A DNA stretch of 64,000 bases, from NCBI GenBank assembly GCA_965217775.1, contig CBDCJH010000002.1, positions 480,001 through 544,000 of the forward strand, written 5' to 3'. The notes under the pieces were generated by a model. That model was not told the DNA's origin. It searched no databases and saw only the letters and a list, made by a program, of their open reading frames with translations. A program made the translations under genes and the position numbers. Below, in pieces: positions 28,977-40,243 of the stretch; the first letter of the stretch is position 1; every line of letters starts with the position of its first letter. The DNA comes from Acidobacteriota bacterium (GTDB taxonomy: Bacteria > Acidobacteriota > UBA6911 > RPQK01 > JAJDTT01).

Positions 28977-29600
28977 ATGATCGTCGTCGTGGATTACAAA
29001 GCGGGAAATCTTTACAACGTGGGCAATGCCTTGGCCCATCTGGGCGTGGACTTCGTCTTCTCCGGGGATCCTGAGCGCGTCGCAAGGGCCTCCAAGGTGA
29101 TCCTTCCCGGAGTGGGATCGGCGCGGGCCGCCATGGATTCCTTGCGGGAGCAGGGACTGATCCCGGTCATTCAAGGACTCCAGGTTCCGTTCCTGGGGAT
29201 CTGCCTGGGTCTGCAGATCCTATTCGACGGTTCCGACGAAGAGGACACTCCCTGCCTGGGTGTCATGGACGGTCGAGTCAGAAGCTTCGACGATTCCAGG
29301 GTCAAGGTGCCTCATATCGGATGGAACCAGATCCGGCGCAGCCGTTCACTTCCGGCACAAGCGAGAGCGGGGAAGTTGCTCGACGGCATCCCCGACGGTT
29401 CCTACTTCTATTTCGTGCACAGCTACTACGCTGCTTCCGGCTCGGCCGAGACGGTGACGGTCACCGACTATGCCAGTTCCTTCGCCTCCATGGTGTCCCG
29501 GAAGAATTTCTGGGGCGTCCAGTTCCATCCGGAGCGTTCCGGCGAGCCGGGGCTCCGCGTGCTCAAGAACTTCGTCGGGGTGGATGATCCATGCTCGTGA
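28977..29600 (+). CDS. hisH: Imidazole glycerol phosphate synthase, glutaminase subunit
   Basis: VVDYKAGNL, LPGVG, GICLGLQ, PHIGWN, YFVHSY, QFHPERS. Confidence 0.97.
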   Translation: MIVVVDYKAGNLYNVGNALAHLGVDFVFSGDPERVARASKVILPGVGSARAAMDSLREQGLIPVIQGLQVPFLGICLGLQILFDGSDEEDTPCLGVMDGRVRSFDDSRVKVPHIGWNQIRRSRSLPAQARAGKLLDGIPDGSYFYFVHSYYAASGSAETVTVTDYASSFASMVSRKNFWGVQFHPERSGEPGLRVLKNFVGVDDPCS

Positions 29601-30310
29601 TCCCGGCCATCGATCTGGTGGATGGAAAATGCGTGCGGCTGGTTCGGGGCGAGTTCCATCGCAAGACGGTCTACTCGGGGGACCCGGTGGAGCAGGCCTT
29701 GGAATTCCAGGAAGCGGGTCTGCCCCGGATCCATGTGGTGGATCTGGAAGGCGCCCGCTTTGGGGAAGGCCGCAACCGGCCTTCGATCCGCAGGATTCTC
29801 TCTCGGGTGCGGGTGCCCGTCCAGATCGGCGGCGGCATTCGTGAGGCAGCGGATGTCTCCCAGCTCCTGGACTGGGGCGCCGGTCACCTGATCCTGGGCA
29901 CGTCGGTCCTGGAGACTCCGGAAAAGGTAGAGAGGTGGATCTCCAAATGGGGACCCTCTCCCTTCATCGTGAGCGTCGACCTGCGCCGCGGACGTCTCCA
30001 GGCTCAGGGTTGGGAGCGGGAAAGCCGGCTGGCATTGGAGGCGGTGCTCAAGAGAATCTTGGACTGGAGCATCGAACAGATCATCTGCACCGACGTGGAA
30101 CAGGACGGAATGCTCAAGCGGCCCGGGTACGCGGCCTGCCGGAAAATCTTGGGATTGCTGCCCGCTCACGTGCTGCTCGTGGCGGCCGGCGGTGTCACGA
30201 CACCCGGGCATCTTTCCCGGCTCGCTGGCATGGGTGTGGGTGGAGCGATCATCGGCCGCGCCTTCTACGAGGGAAGGATCTCATTGGAGGAGATGGCTGG
30301 TGTTGGCTAA
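29591..30310 (+). CDS. hisA: ProFAR isomerase
   Basis: [38 protein letters not shown]. Confidence 0.95.
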   Translation: MLVIPAIDLVDGKCVRLVRGEFHRKTVYSGDPVEQALEFQEAGLPRIHVVDLEGARFGEGRNRPSIRRILSRVRVPVQIGGGIREAADVSQLLDWGAGHLILGTSVLETPEKVERWISKWGPSPFIVSVDLRRGRLQAQGWERESRLALEAVLKRILDWSIEQIICTDVEQDGMLKRPGYAACRKILGLLPAHVLLVAAGGVTTPGHLSRLAGMGVGGAIIGRAFYEGRISLEEMAGVG

Positions 30311-31079
30311 ACGCATCATTCCCTGCCTCGACGTCGCCGGCGGGCGCGTGGTCAAGGGGATCCATTTCGTGGACCTGAGGGATGCCGGGGACCCGGTCGA
30401 GTTGGGTCGCCGCTATTACCGGGAGGGGGCCGACGAGTTGGTGTTCCTGGACATCACCGCTACGGTCGAGGAACGGAAGACGACCCTGCACTGGGTCCGA
30501 AGAGTCGCCGACTCCATCTTCATTCCCTTCACCGTCGGGGGAGGAATCACCTCTCTGGCGCGGATCCGGGAGCTGCTCCGAGCGGGAGCCGACAAGGTGT
30601 CCATGAACAGCGCCGCGGTCAAGCGGCCGGAGTTGATCCGGGAATCCTCCCGGGCCTTCGGCGCCCAATGCATCGTTCTGGCGGTGGACGTGAAACGGCA
30701 CGGACGGTCCTGGAAGGTCTACATCGGGGGCGGACGCTACGAGACGGAATGGGACGGTCTGGAGTGGATCCAGCGTGGCGCCGAGCTGGGCGCCGGAGAA
30801 ATTCTCCTCACCTCCATGGATCGGGACGGGACCCAGTCCGGATACGACCTGGAGCTGCTGCACAAGGTCGATTCTCTGGTCCGGATTCCGATCATTGCCT
30901 CGGGCGGAGCCGGTTCCCCGCAACATCTCCTGGAGGGGGTCCGGATCGGCCGTGCCGACGCCATACTGGCGGCCAGCATCTTTCACTACGACCAGTATTC
31001 CATCGCCAGCGTGAAGGAGTTCCTGGCGGAACGCGGGATTCCGGTTCGTCCGGTTCCCCGGGCAACCGGGAATTCGTGA
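30300..31079 (+). CDS. hisF: Imidazole glycerol phosphate synthase, cyclase subunit
   Basis: [49 protein letters not shown]. Confidence 0.97.
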   Translation: MLAKRIIPCLDVAGGRVVKGIHFVDLRDAGDPVELGRRYYREGADELVFLDITATVEERKTTLHWVRRVADSIFIPFTVGGGITSLARIRELLRAGADKVSMNSAAVKRPELIRESSRAFGAQCIVLAVDVKRHGRSWKVYIGGGRYETEWDGLEWIQRGAELGAGEILLTSMDRDGTQSGYDLELLHKVDSLVRIPIIASGGAGSPQHLLEGVRIGRADAILAASIFHYDQYSIASVKEFLAERGIPVRPVPRATGNS

Positions 31080-31109
31080 GACCGTGCCTTCCCGATGCGG
31101 AGCGGTCTA

Positions 31110-31241
31110 CCCCGCATTTCTCACCAGGTCGCTACGCGTATGATGAAAAATAATCTTTTTTTGAGTATTTACGCAGAATTTGCCAAGGTTTCTCCGGGAC
31201 AGACTGCGCTGGGCGCGTGCCCCCTGGTGAGAAATGCGGGC
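31110..31241. mobile_element. MITE family C copy (uninterrupted)
   Basis: TIRs cccgcatttctcaccag / ctggtgagaaatgcggg with TA flanks. Confidence 0.85.
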
Positions 31242-32146
31242 TACGGCGCACTCCGCGCGTCCAGGTGCCGGCCCGTAATGAACGCTTGGACGAAGGGATC
31301 GGATGAGGAGTAGAGCGCTTCCAGATCTCCCTCGAAGTGAATTCGGCCGTCTCTGAGCAGGATGATCCGGTCGGACACGGTGGCCAGACACTGAAGGTCG
31401 TGGGTGACCACCACCGAGGTGAGGTTGTTCTGGCGGTTCAGCTTGCGGATCAGACGCGACAGCGACTTGCCGATCATGGGATCCACGCCTGCGGTGGGCT
31501 CGTCGTAAAGGATCGCTTCCGGATTCGTGGCGATGGCGCGAGCGATGGCCACCTGCTTCTTGGAGCCCAGGCTCAACTCGTCGTACTCGAGCTCTCCCAT
31601 CCCTTCCAGTTCCACGGCGTCCAACAGCTCTTCGACCCGCTTGTTGATCTTTTCCTCGTTGGCCATGCCCTGTTCCCGCAAGGGATAGGCGATGTTCTCA
31701 CCCACACTGAGGAAATCGAAGACGGCGCCGCTCTGGAACACGTAAGAGACCCGTTTGCGGACGTCCAGCAGGTCACTCTCGCTCATCTCTGCCAAGCTCC
31801 CGCCCTTGAAACGTATCTCGCCCCTGTCCGGCCAGAGCAATCCTACGATGAGCTGGAGCAGGACACTTTTGCCGCCTCCGCTCATGCCCAGGATCCCCAA
31901 GGTTTCGGCGCGGTTGATCTTCAGGCTCAGCCGGCTCAGGACGTTCTGGGGGCCAAAGGATTTGTAGACCTCGTTCAACTCGATGAGGGGAAGGGAAGAG
32001 TCCTGCCGCGGCGGCAGCGATTGATTCGAGGTAGCGCCGGCAGGATCAGGCTGCGCCGACCGGCGCCTTTGGATCGCCACAACCAGAAAGGCGAGAGCCA
32101 GCGGCAGCATGACACAGAGCAGAATAAGAAGGGGGCTGTCGAACAT
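31241..32146 (-). CDS. MlaF/Mkl-like ABC ATPase with N-terminal hydrophobic anchor
   Basis: Walker A GMSGGGKS, Q-loop VFQSGAVFD, Walker B ILYDEPTAG, VTHD; signature reads LSLGSKKQ. Start at MFDSP is inferred. Confidence 0.85.
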   Translation of the reverse strand: MFDSPLLILLCVMLPLALAFLVVAIQRRRSAQPDPAGATSNQSLPPRQDSSLPLIELNEVYKSFGPQNVLSRLSLKINRAETLGILGMSGGGKSVLLQLIVGLLWPDRGEIRFKGGSLAEMSESDLLDVRKRVSYVFQSGAVFDFLSVGENIAYPLREQGMANEEKINKRVEELLDAVELEGMGELEYDELSLGSKKQVAIARAIATNPEAILYDEPTAGVDPMIGKSLSRLIRKLNRQNNLTSVVVTHDLQCLATVSDRIILLRDGRIHFEGDLEALYSSSDPFVQAFITGRHLDARSAP

Positions 32147-32147
32147 A

Positions 32148-32308
32148 TCAGCCCATGGCAAAAGTCGTCACGGTATTCGATCGGGTCTGCATCCCGGCGG
32201 ACTGCGTTGCTCCTCGGTCACATACTCCCGGTATGCTCCCTCTGAGCGCCTTGTCCGGCGGGCGCAGCCCCGATCTCGGTACTACGTGGGACTTTCGCCA
32301 CGGACTGA
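32148..32308. mobile_element. MITE family A copy
   Basis: cagcccatggcaaaagtc...gactttcgccacggactg with TA flanks. Confidence 0.83.
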
Positions 32309-32404
32309 TAGGCTCCGCAGCCGCGACCCGGCCGGAATGCCTCGCGGAGGTCGCCCTCCGGATTCTTCGCTCTCGATGTGCTCCGATTCAGTGCTCGGGG
32401 CACA

Positions 32405-32755
32405 TCAGTGGCGGATCTGAAAGCGGGTCAGTTTTCGCGCCATTTCCCGCTGCTGGTCCGGGTCGCGGCTGTTGTACAGGTCCAGCCACTCCCGCAGTTC
32501 CCTGGCGCTCAAGGCCAGAACGTCGCAGACCCACAAGAAGCTTCCCGGATCTTTCTCTTCCGAGGAGAACCAATCCAGGGCATCTTGGCGCCAGAGCTCC
32601 CATTCCTTGCTGGCAGACTTCTTGGGAGCAACGATATCTCGGAATGCCTGCAGCAGAATTCCCAGAGCGAGATTCCTCAGGGAGGCATCCGGCTTTCTGG
32701 TTTTGGGGTATAGACCGTCGCTTTCGATTACCGAAGTCTTCATTGCTAACGCCAC
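32405..32755 (-). CDS. Small helical hypothetical protein
   Basis: Protein-like 116-aa ORF (LALGILLQAFRD...ALDWF...SFLWVCDVL) filling the gap; function unknown. Confidence 0.65.
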   Translation of the reverse strand: MALAMKTSVIESDGLYPKTRKPDASLRNLALGILLQAFRDIVAPKKSASKEWELWRQDALDWFSSEEKDPGSFLWVCDVLALSARELREWLDLYNSRDPDQQREMARKLTRFQIRH

Positions 32756-32834
32756 TTCCTATCCGACTCGCCCGTGGGCGACACCTGTTCTGATATCTTA
32801 CTTGATGCAAGTTCGGGCAAAAAAGTTTCGTTAA

Positions 32835-32850
32835 TGCAAAAACTCGGCCC
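32835..32850 (-). promoter_or_regulatory. Possible sigma54 (-24/-12) promoter
   Basis: The minus strand reads GGGCCGAGTTTTTGCA, i.e. GG-N10-GC with TTGCA, about 80 nt upstream of the 32755 ORF. Confidence 0.3.
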
Positions 32851-33097
32851 GGACCGGAGTCATGCGTCTCGGCGGCTTCCTCTCAATCCGCCGTGAAAAT
32901 CAAGCCTGAATTCGAATCCCGTGACCAGCACTTCCAACTGAATTGTACCGATCGAGGGTGACGGGCCGAAGGAGCAACGAAGGAACAAAACGGAGAACGG
33001 AAGGCGAACGTACTCCGTTTGGTTTCCTCCTTCCCTCTCACTTCTCGTTTTGATTCTCACCGGCGTGCTAAAATGCCCCTCCACCAAGGAGGTGAAT

Positions 33098-33613
33098 ATG
33101 ACGGTTGAAAGATCCAATGCAGTGACGCTCAAAGGCAATCCCTTCACCCTGGTGGGACCTGAGCTCGAAGCGGGAAATCCGGCTCCCGATTTTCAGGCCC
33201 TCGCTACCGACCTGACCCCGGTATCGCTGGCCGACACCGGGAACTCCATCCGCGTATTCAGCGTGGTTCCCTCGCTGGATACTCCCGTCTGTGACATGCA
33301 AACCAGGCGCTTCAACGAGGAAGCCGGGAAACTGCCGGGCGTGAAGATCTATACCATCAGCATGGATCTCCCCTTTGCGCAGAGCCGCTGGTGTTCGGCC
33401 GCCGGCGTCACGAATCTCTCCATGCTCTCCGATCATCGCGAGGCGTCCTTCACTCAGAACTACGGGACCTTGATCAAGGAATTGCGCTTGGCCAGTCGCG
33501 CCCTGTTCGTCGTTGACGCCGAAGGGGTGATCCGGCACGTCGAGTATGTAGGTGAGGTGACCGAGCAGCCGGATTACGATGCTGCCCTGGACGCCATCGC
33601 GGGCGCCGGCTAG
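33098..33613 (+). CDS. tpx: Thiol peroxidase (atypical 2-Cys peroxiredoxin)
   Basis: VTLKGNP, VPSLDTPVC, ISMDLPFAQSRWC; strong SD AAGGAGGT. Confidence 0.96.
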   Translation: MTVERSNAVTLKGNPFTLVGPELEAGNPAPDFQALATDLTPVSLADTGNSIRVFSVVPSLDTPVCDMQTRRFNEEAGKLPGVKIYTISMDLPFAQSRWCSAAGVTNLSMLSDHREASFTQNYGTLIKELRLASRALFVVDAEGVIRHVEYVGEVTEQPDYDAALDAIAGAG

Positions 33614-33683
33614 CCGGTCGGCACGGCGGGCGGAACTGCAACTGGTTTTCCGGAACTCTGGAACGGCGGGCGCCGACGTGTAG

Positions 33684-35333
33684 CTACGGGATCAACCGAG
33701 GCCTCGGGATTTCGTCGGCTGTGCTCCAGGCAGTCAGATACACGAGTCGCGTCACCTTTTCCATCTTGGCAAAATTGAGTTTGCCGACCGTGTCCGAAGT
33801 CCGGTGGTAGTCCGGATGGAGTCCGGTGTGGAACAAGGCCACCGGCACCCCGCGGGCCAGAAAGGGCCAATGATCGCTCCGCCGGATCAGGTTCATGGGG
33901 TGGTCGTCATACCGGAATCTCAGCTCCAGGCCGACCCGCCGGTTGGCTTCCCGGACCCGTTCCCGCAGATCGCTGCTACGGCTGTATCCCAGGACGTTCA
34001 CCGAGTTCCGGTTCTGTTCCGCGGTTTGCTGCTCCATGCCCTGAAATCGGCGATCCTGGGAGTCGGGAACCTCTTCGTTGCGGCCGATCATGTCCATCTG
34101 GAGCATGGCTACGGTCCGTTCCAGGGGAAAACCGGATCGCTCCACATAGTAGTAGGAGCCGAGCAAGCCTGATTCTTCGGCGTCCCAGCCGGCGAAGAGG
34201 ACGGAGCGCCGGGGCCCCTGGGTGTTCAGGGAGAAGGCTTCCGCCACTTCCAGAAGTCCGGCCGTGCCGCTGGCATTGTCATCGGCGCCGTAATAGATCT
34301 CCCCTTCGTCGGCGCCGAGATGGTCAAAATGGGCGCCCACCACCACCACCTCCCGGCTGAGCCGGGGATCAACTCCGGGGAGAGTGGCCAGGACGTTGCG
34401 AACCTCCGTGGTATGGGGCACCGTGTCCGACTCCAGGTGCGCCTCCACGCCCTCGAGGATCAGACTCTGGGGCCGATAGTCCTGATCGATCTTCTGCTGG
34501 AGTTCCTTCAGAGTCGTTTCTTGGGTTTCCAACATGGAATCCGCCAACTTGGCGGAGACGTAATGAACCGGGATGGTGACGGCTTCAGCCCAGATCTCCA
34601 GGTAGCGACGGCGGGTGAGACCCTTCTCGGGCCAGAAGTATCGGGCCAATCGCGTGAGTCCTCTCCGTTCGGTGTGATGGAGCACGTGCGGCGCCAGGAG
34701 AACGCCGGCGGCGCCCCGTTCCTGTGCCCTGAGAATCTTGCGGCGCGTCAGGCCGTGCTCGGTGGCGACGACTCCTTGGAAAGAACTCTCCGGGTCCTTT
34801 TCTCCGGGCTCATGACGCACCACCATGACGATCTTGTCCTCGACGTCGAGGCCGTCATAGTCGTCATATCCCAACTCGGGCGCCACGATGCCGTAGCCGG
34901 CAAAGACCACTGGACCGCGGGAGAAGCCCTGGGCGGAGAGGGGGGCCGGACAGAACTCGGCGAACAACTCGGGCTTCCTGGAGGAAGCCTTACCCGGAAA
35001 CCGGATCTCGAGGGTGTTTCGTTGGCCCAGTTCCATCCGTACCAGCCTGAAGTGCTGGAAATAGGAATCCCCGTCTCCGGCGGGTTCCAGACCCAACAGC
35101 TGAAAACGGTGGGCGAGATAACGCGACGTGATCCGGCCGAACGGAGATCCGGTGCCGCGGCCCTGAAGATCATCCGAAGCCAGGAACGAGACGCTCGATC
35201 TCAGATCGGATTCGTTGATGCTGGACACGCCTCCCTCACCGAGATCGTCGGTGAGGCCGGCGATGCCGAGCGAAACGGCCAGGAGTGAGCCGGCGGCCAG
35301 GAGCACCAGGCTCGATGTCCGGACTCGGGTCAC
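33684..35333 (-). CDS. Secreted M28 family peptidase with PA domain
   Basis: Signal peptide, LASDDLQGRGTG, VFAGYGI, GAHFDHLG, GADDNASG, AEESGLLGS, RSDHWPF, HPDYH. The ORF-track extension upstream runs through a MITE. Confidence 0.9.
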   Translation of the reverse strand: MTRVRTSSLVLLAAGSLLAVSLGIAGLTDDLGEGGVSSINESDLRSSVSFLASDDLQGRGTGSPFGRITSRYLAHRFQLLGLEPAGDGDSYFQHFRLVRMELGQRNTLEIRFPGKASSRKPELFAEFCPAPLSAQGFSRGPVVFAGYGIVAPELGYDDYDGLDVEDKIVMVVRHEPGEKDPESSFQGVVATEHGLTRRKILRAQERGAAGVLLAPHVLHHTERRGLTRLARYFWPEKGLTRRRYLEIWAEAVTIPVHYVSAKLADSMLETQETTLKELQQKIDQDYRPQSLILEGVEAHLESDTVPHTTEVRNVLATLPGVDPRLSREVVVVGAHFDHLGADEGEIYYGADDNASGTAGLLEVAEAFSLNTQGPRRSVLFAGWDAEESGLLGSYYYVERSGFPLERTVAMLQMDMIGRNEEVPDSQDRRFQGMEQQTAEQNRNSVNVLGYSRSSDLRERVREANRRVGLELRFRYDDHPMNLIRRSDHWPFLARGVPVALFHTGLHPDYHRTSDTVGKLNFAKMEKVTRLVYLTAWSTADEIPRPRLIP

Positions 35334-35390
35334 GGCCGGACCAGCCTGGAGATGGTGGCGCCCGGTCCGGAAGTGCCGGCTTGGTGTGCT

Positions 35391-35583
35391 CGAATGCCGT
35401 GACGGCTCTTGCCACGGGCTGTTGACAGCCCGTGGTGAAAGTCCCGCGAGCACCGAGACCGTTCCTGCGCCCGCCGGACCAGGCGCGATGAGGAAGCATA
35501 CCGGGAGTATGTGAGCCGATAGCAACGCAGTCCGCCGGGATGCAGGGACGGTCGAATGCCGTGACGACTTTTGCCACGGGCTG

Positions 35584-35584
<1 letters not shown>
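35391..35584. mobile_element. MITE family A full copy (35425-35584) preceded by a terminal fragment of another
   Basis: Fragment cgaatgccgtgacggctcttgccacgggctgt, then cagcccgtggtgaaagtc...gacttttgccacgggctg abutting the thiC stop. Confidence 0.8.
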
Positions 35585-37625
<2,041 letters not shown>

Positions 37626-37814
37626 CTCGGGCCCGCAAGCCGAGACTCAATCGGGCATGTTATCGGAGGGACGCGGCGCTTTCAAGAGACCATTATTGGC
37701 GTCAACCTGTTAACCTCCGATATATCAGTCCTCTGTGGCAATATGAGGGCTATTCGGGGCTGGCCGGCACCCCCTTTACCTGGAGGACGAGGAGGATCTT
37801 TCGACCTTCGTCCC

Positions 37815-38531
37815 ATGACCCCGCGTTACAAGACCATGATCTCAGCCGATTTTCCCGGGGCCGCCTGTCCCCCGGGGAGTCGCGTGCGTTTTCCATCCGC
37901 TGAAGGGTGGATCGAGGGCGCCGTCAACGAATTGAGACTCCGGCATGCCGTCGTCGCGGCAACGGACGGCACTCGCTGGAGGGTCCCCTATGGGGCCGTG
38001 ACCGTCATCGAGCGGGCCCGGGCGGCAGAGTGCACACTCCGGGAGGTCGAGGACCTCGCCCAGGAGCTGCTGGAACGCCAGCGGCGGGTCGGCGGCCTGG
38101 ATGCCGGCTGGAACTTCGGATTCGACCTGGCTCCCGTGCGGGCGGGAATCTGCCGGTACGCCCGGAAGAGAATCGAACTCTCCGTGAGCTACTGCCTCCG
38201 GGCAACGCGGTCCCAGATCGAGGACACTCTGCTCCACGAGATCGCTCACGCCATCGTCGGCCAAGGTCACCATCACGACGCCGTCTGGAAGGCCAAGGCT
38301 CGGGAGATCGGCTGCAGTGGCGAACGCTGTCACGACGTCACTCACAGCGTTCCCCAATGGGTGGGCAGATGCGGTTGCGGGCAACGATGGTACCGTCGGC
38401 GGCTCCACCGCCGGATCTGGAAGAACGCGCTCTGTGCCCGCTGCGGGCTCCGGATCGAATGGCGGCGCAACCGGGAATCGGTACCGGCGGAAGTGGGGTC
38501 CAGGTTACCTTCCCCTGAACCTGCGCCGTGA
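37815..38531 (+). CDS. SprT-like zinc metalloprotease domain protein
   Basis: RAGICRY..KRIELS, DTLLHEIAH, H..VWK..A..IG, C-terminal CGC...CARC. Start is uncertain. Confidence 0.82.
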   Translation: MTPRYKTMISADFPGAACPPGSRVRFPSAEGWIEGAVNELRLRHAVVAATDGTRWRVPYGAVTVIERARAAECTLREVEDLAQELLERQRRVGGLDAGWNFGFDLAPVRAGICRYARKRIELSVSYCLRATRSQIEDTLLHEIAHAIVGQGHHHDAVWKAKAREIGCSGERCHDVTHSVPQWVGRCGCGQRWYRRRLHRRIWKNALCARCGLRIEWRRNRESVPAEVGSRLPSPEPAP

Positions 38532-38718
38532 CCGGCAGGACCCCAAAAGGTGTGAGGCGGGGTGACGATGGGCAGGTGCGAGGGGTTGCGTCAGTCGCAT
38601 TCATTTTGACTTCCAGGCTCCTTGATGTTCCCCCACTGCGCCGGGGCTATTCCGGTTTGACCAGGAATCGGCGCCCCTCGGACAATCGGGTTGGATTCCG
38701 GTATATTTAAAGCCGACG

Positions 38719-40161
38719 ATGACGTTGCGTCGTACCCGCCCGCGCCAAGTTACGTTCTGGTTCGTCTCTCTTGCCGTTCTGGCTGCGTTTCAACTCGGAC
38801 CCGCCCAGGTCCAGGACCTCGAAGAACTGCGCAAGGCTGCCGAAGAGGGAGACGTCGGCGCTCAGTTCAGCCTGGGCTTCAGGTACGCCACTGGCCGGGG
38901 TGTACCGAGAGATCCTGAGCAGGCCGCGAAGTGGTATCGGAGGGCCGCGGACCAGGGAGACGCTCTCGCTCAATACAACCTGGGCGTCATGTACGTCAGC
39001 GGCCGGGGCGTGCCGAGGGATGCCGCCGAGGCCGCGAAGTGGTACCTGATGGCCGCCGAGCAGGGAGACGCCCGGGCCCAGTACAACATTGGCGTCAGGT
39101 ACGCCAACGGCCAGGGTGTGTCGAGGGATGCGTCCGAAGCCGCGAAGTGGTACCGGAAAGCCGCCGAGCAGGGGCATGGCCGCGCTCAATACAACCTGGG
39201 CGTCATGTACGTCATCGGTCGGGGCGTGCCCAAGGACGCCGCCGAGGCCGTGAAGTGGTATCTGAAGGCCGCCGAGCAGGGAGACGCCCGCGCCCAATAC
39301 AATCTTGGATTCCGGTATGCCAATGGTTGGGGTGTTTCGGAGGACGCCGGCGAGGCCGCCAAGTGGTACCTGAAGGCCGCCGAGCAGGGACACGCCCGCG
39401 CTCAGCTTTTTCTGGCCGACATGTACTCGGATGGCCGGGGTGTGCCGGAGGATGTCGGCGAGGCGGTCAAGTGGTATCGGAACTCTGCCGAGCAGGGAGA
39501 GGCCAGCGCTCAAAACAACCTTGGCGTCATGTACGCCAGCGGTCGCGGGGTATCGAAGGACGACCAGGAAGCCGTGAAGTGGTATCTGAAGGCCGCCGAG
39601 CAGGGAGATGCCGGCGCCCAGTTCAACCTGGGCGACATGTATGCCTCGGGTCGGGGAGTGCCGAAAGATGTGGGCGAAGCCGTGAATTGGTATCGGAAGG
39701 CTGCAGATCAGGGCGAAGCCGGCGCTCAATACAACTTGGCCGACATGTACGCCGACGGCCGGGGTGTGCAGGCGGATGCCGGCGAAGCCGTCAAATGGTA
39801 TCGGCTGGCCGCCGAGCGAGGAGACGCCGGCGCTCAATACAACCTCGGCTTCAGATATGCCAACGGTTGGGGGATGCCGGAGGACGACCGCGAAGCCGTG
39901 AAGTGGTATCTGAAGGCTGCGGAACAGGGGGAGGCCCGGGCCCAGAACAACCTTGGTGTCATGTACGCCAACGGTTGGGGGGTGCCGAAGGACGAAGTTC
40001 AGGCCTACGCCTGGATTATTCTGGCCGCGGCGAAAGGAAACGAGAACGCGGTCAGGACCAAGAACTGGCTCAGTCCGAAGATTTCCCCCGATCAGGTGTC
40101 GGAAGCGCAGAAGCTCGCCGAAGATCTGTCCCAGCGCATCGAGCCCACAGAACCGGAGTAG
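38719..40161 (+). CDS. Secreted Sel1-like repeat protein (11 repeats of 36 aa)
   Basis: Signal peptide followed by AQYNLG.MY..G.GV..D..EAVKWY.KAAEQG units. Confidence 0.95.
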   Translation: MTLRRTRPRQVTFWFVSLAVLAAFQLGPAQVQDLEELRKAAEEGDVGAQFSLGFRYATGRGVPRDPEQAAKWYRRAADQGDALAQYNLGVMYVSGRGVPRDAAEAAKWYLMAAEQGDARAQYNIGVRYANGQGVSRDASEAAKWYRKAAEQGHGRAQYNLGVMYVIGRGVPKDAAEAVKWYLKAAEQGDARAQYNLGFRYANGWGVSEDAGEAAKWYLKAAEQGHARAQLFLADMYSDGRGVPEDVGEAVKWYRNSAEQGEASAQNNLGVMYASGRGVSKDDQEAVKWYLKAAEQGDAGAQFNLGDMYASGRGVPKDVGEAVNWYRKAADQGEAGAQYNLADMYADGRGVQADAGEAVKWYRLAAERGDAGAQYNLGFRYANGWGMPEDDREAVKWYLKAAEQGEARAQNNLGVMYANGWGVPKDEVQAYAWIILAAAKGNENAVRTKNWLSPKISPDQVSEAQKLAEDLSQRIEPTEPE

Positions 40162-40243
40162 GCAGACTACTCCCAGACCATCCCGCACCAATCCGTGTCG
40201 ATCCCGCCGGAATATCCGTGGAAGTGGACCCCGTCTGATTCCC

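Noticed and set aside
38850-40040. 108-bp periodic repeats as a CRISPR or non-coding array
   Set aside because: They are in-frame Sel1 coding repeats with synonymous variation; there are no unique spacers and no cas genes.
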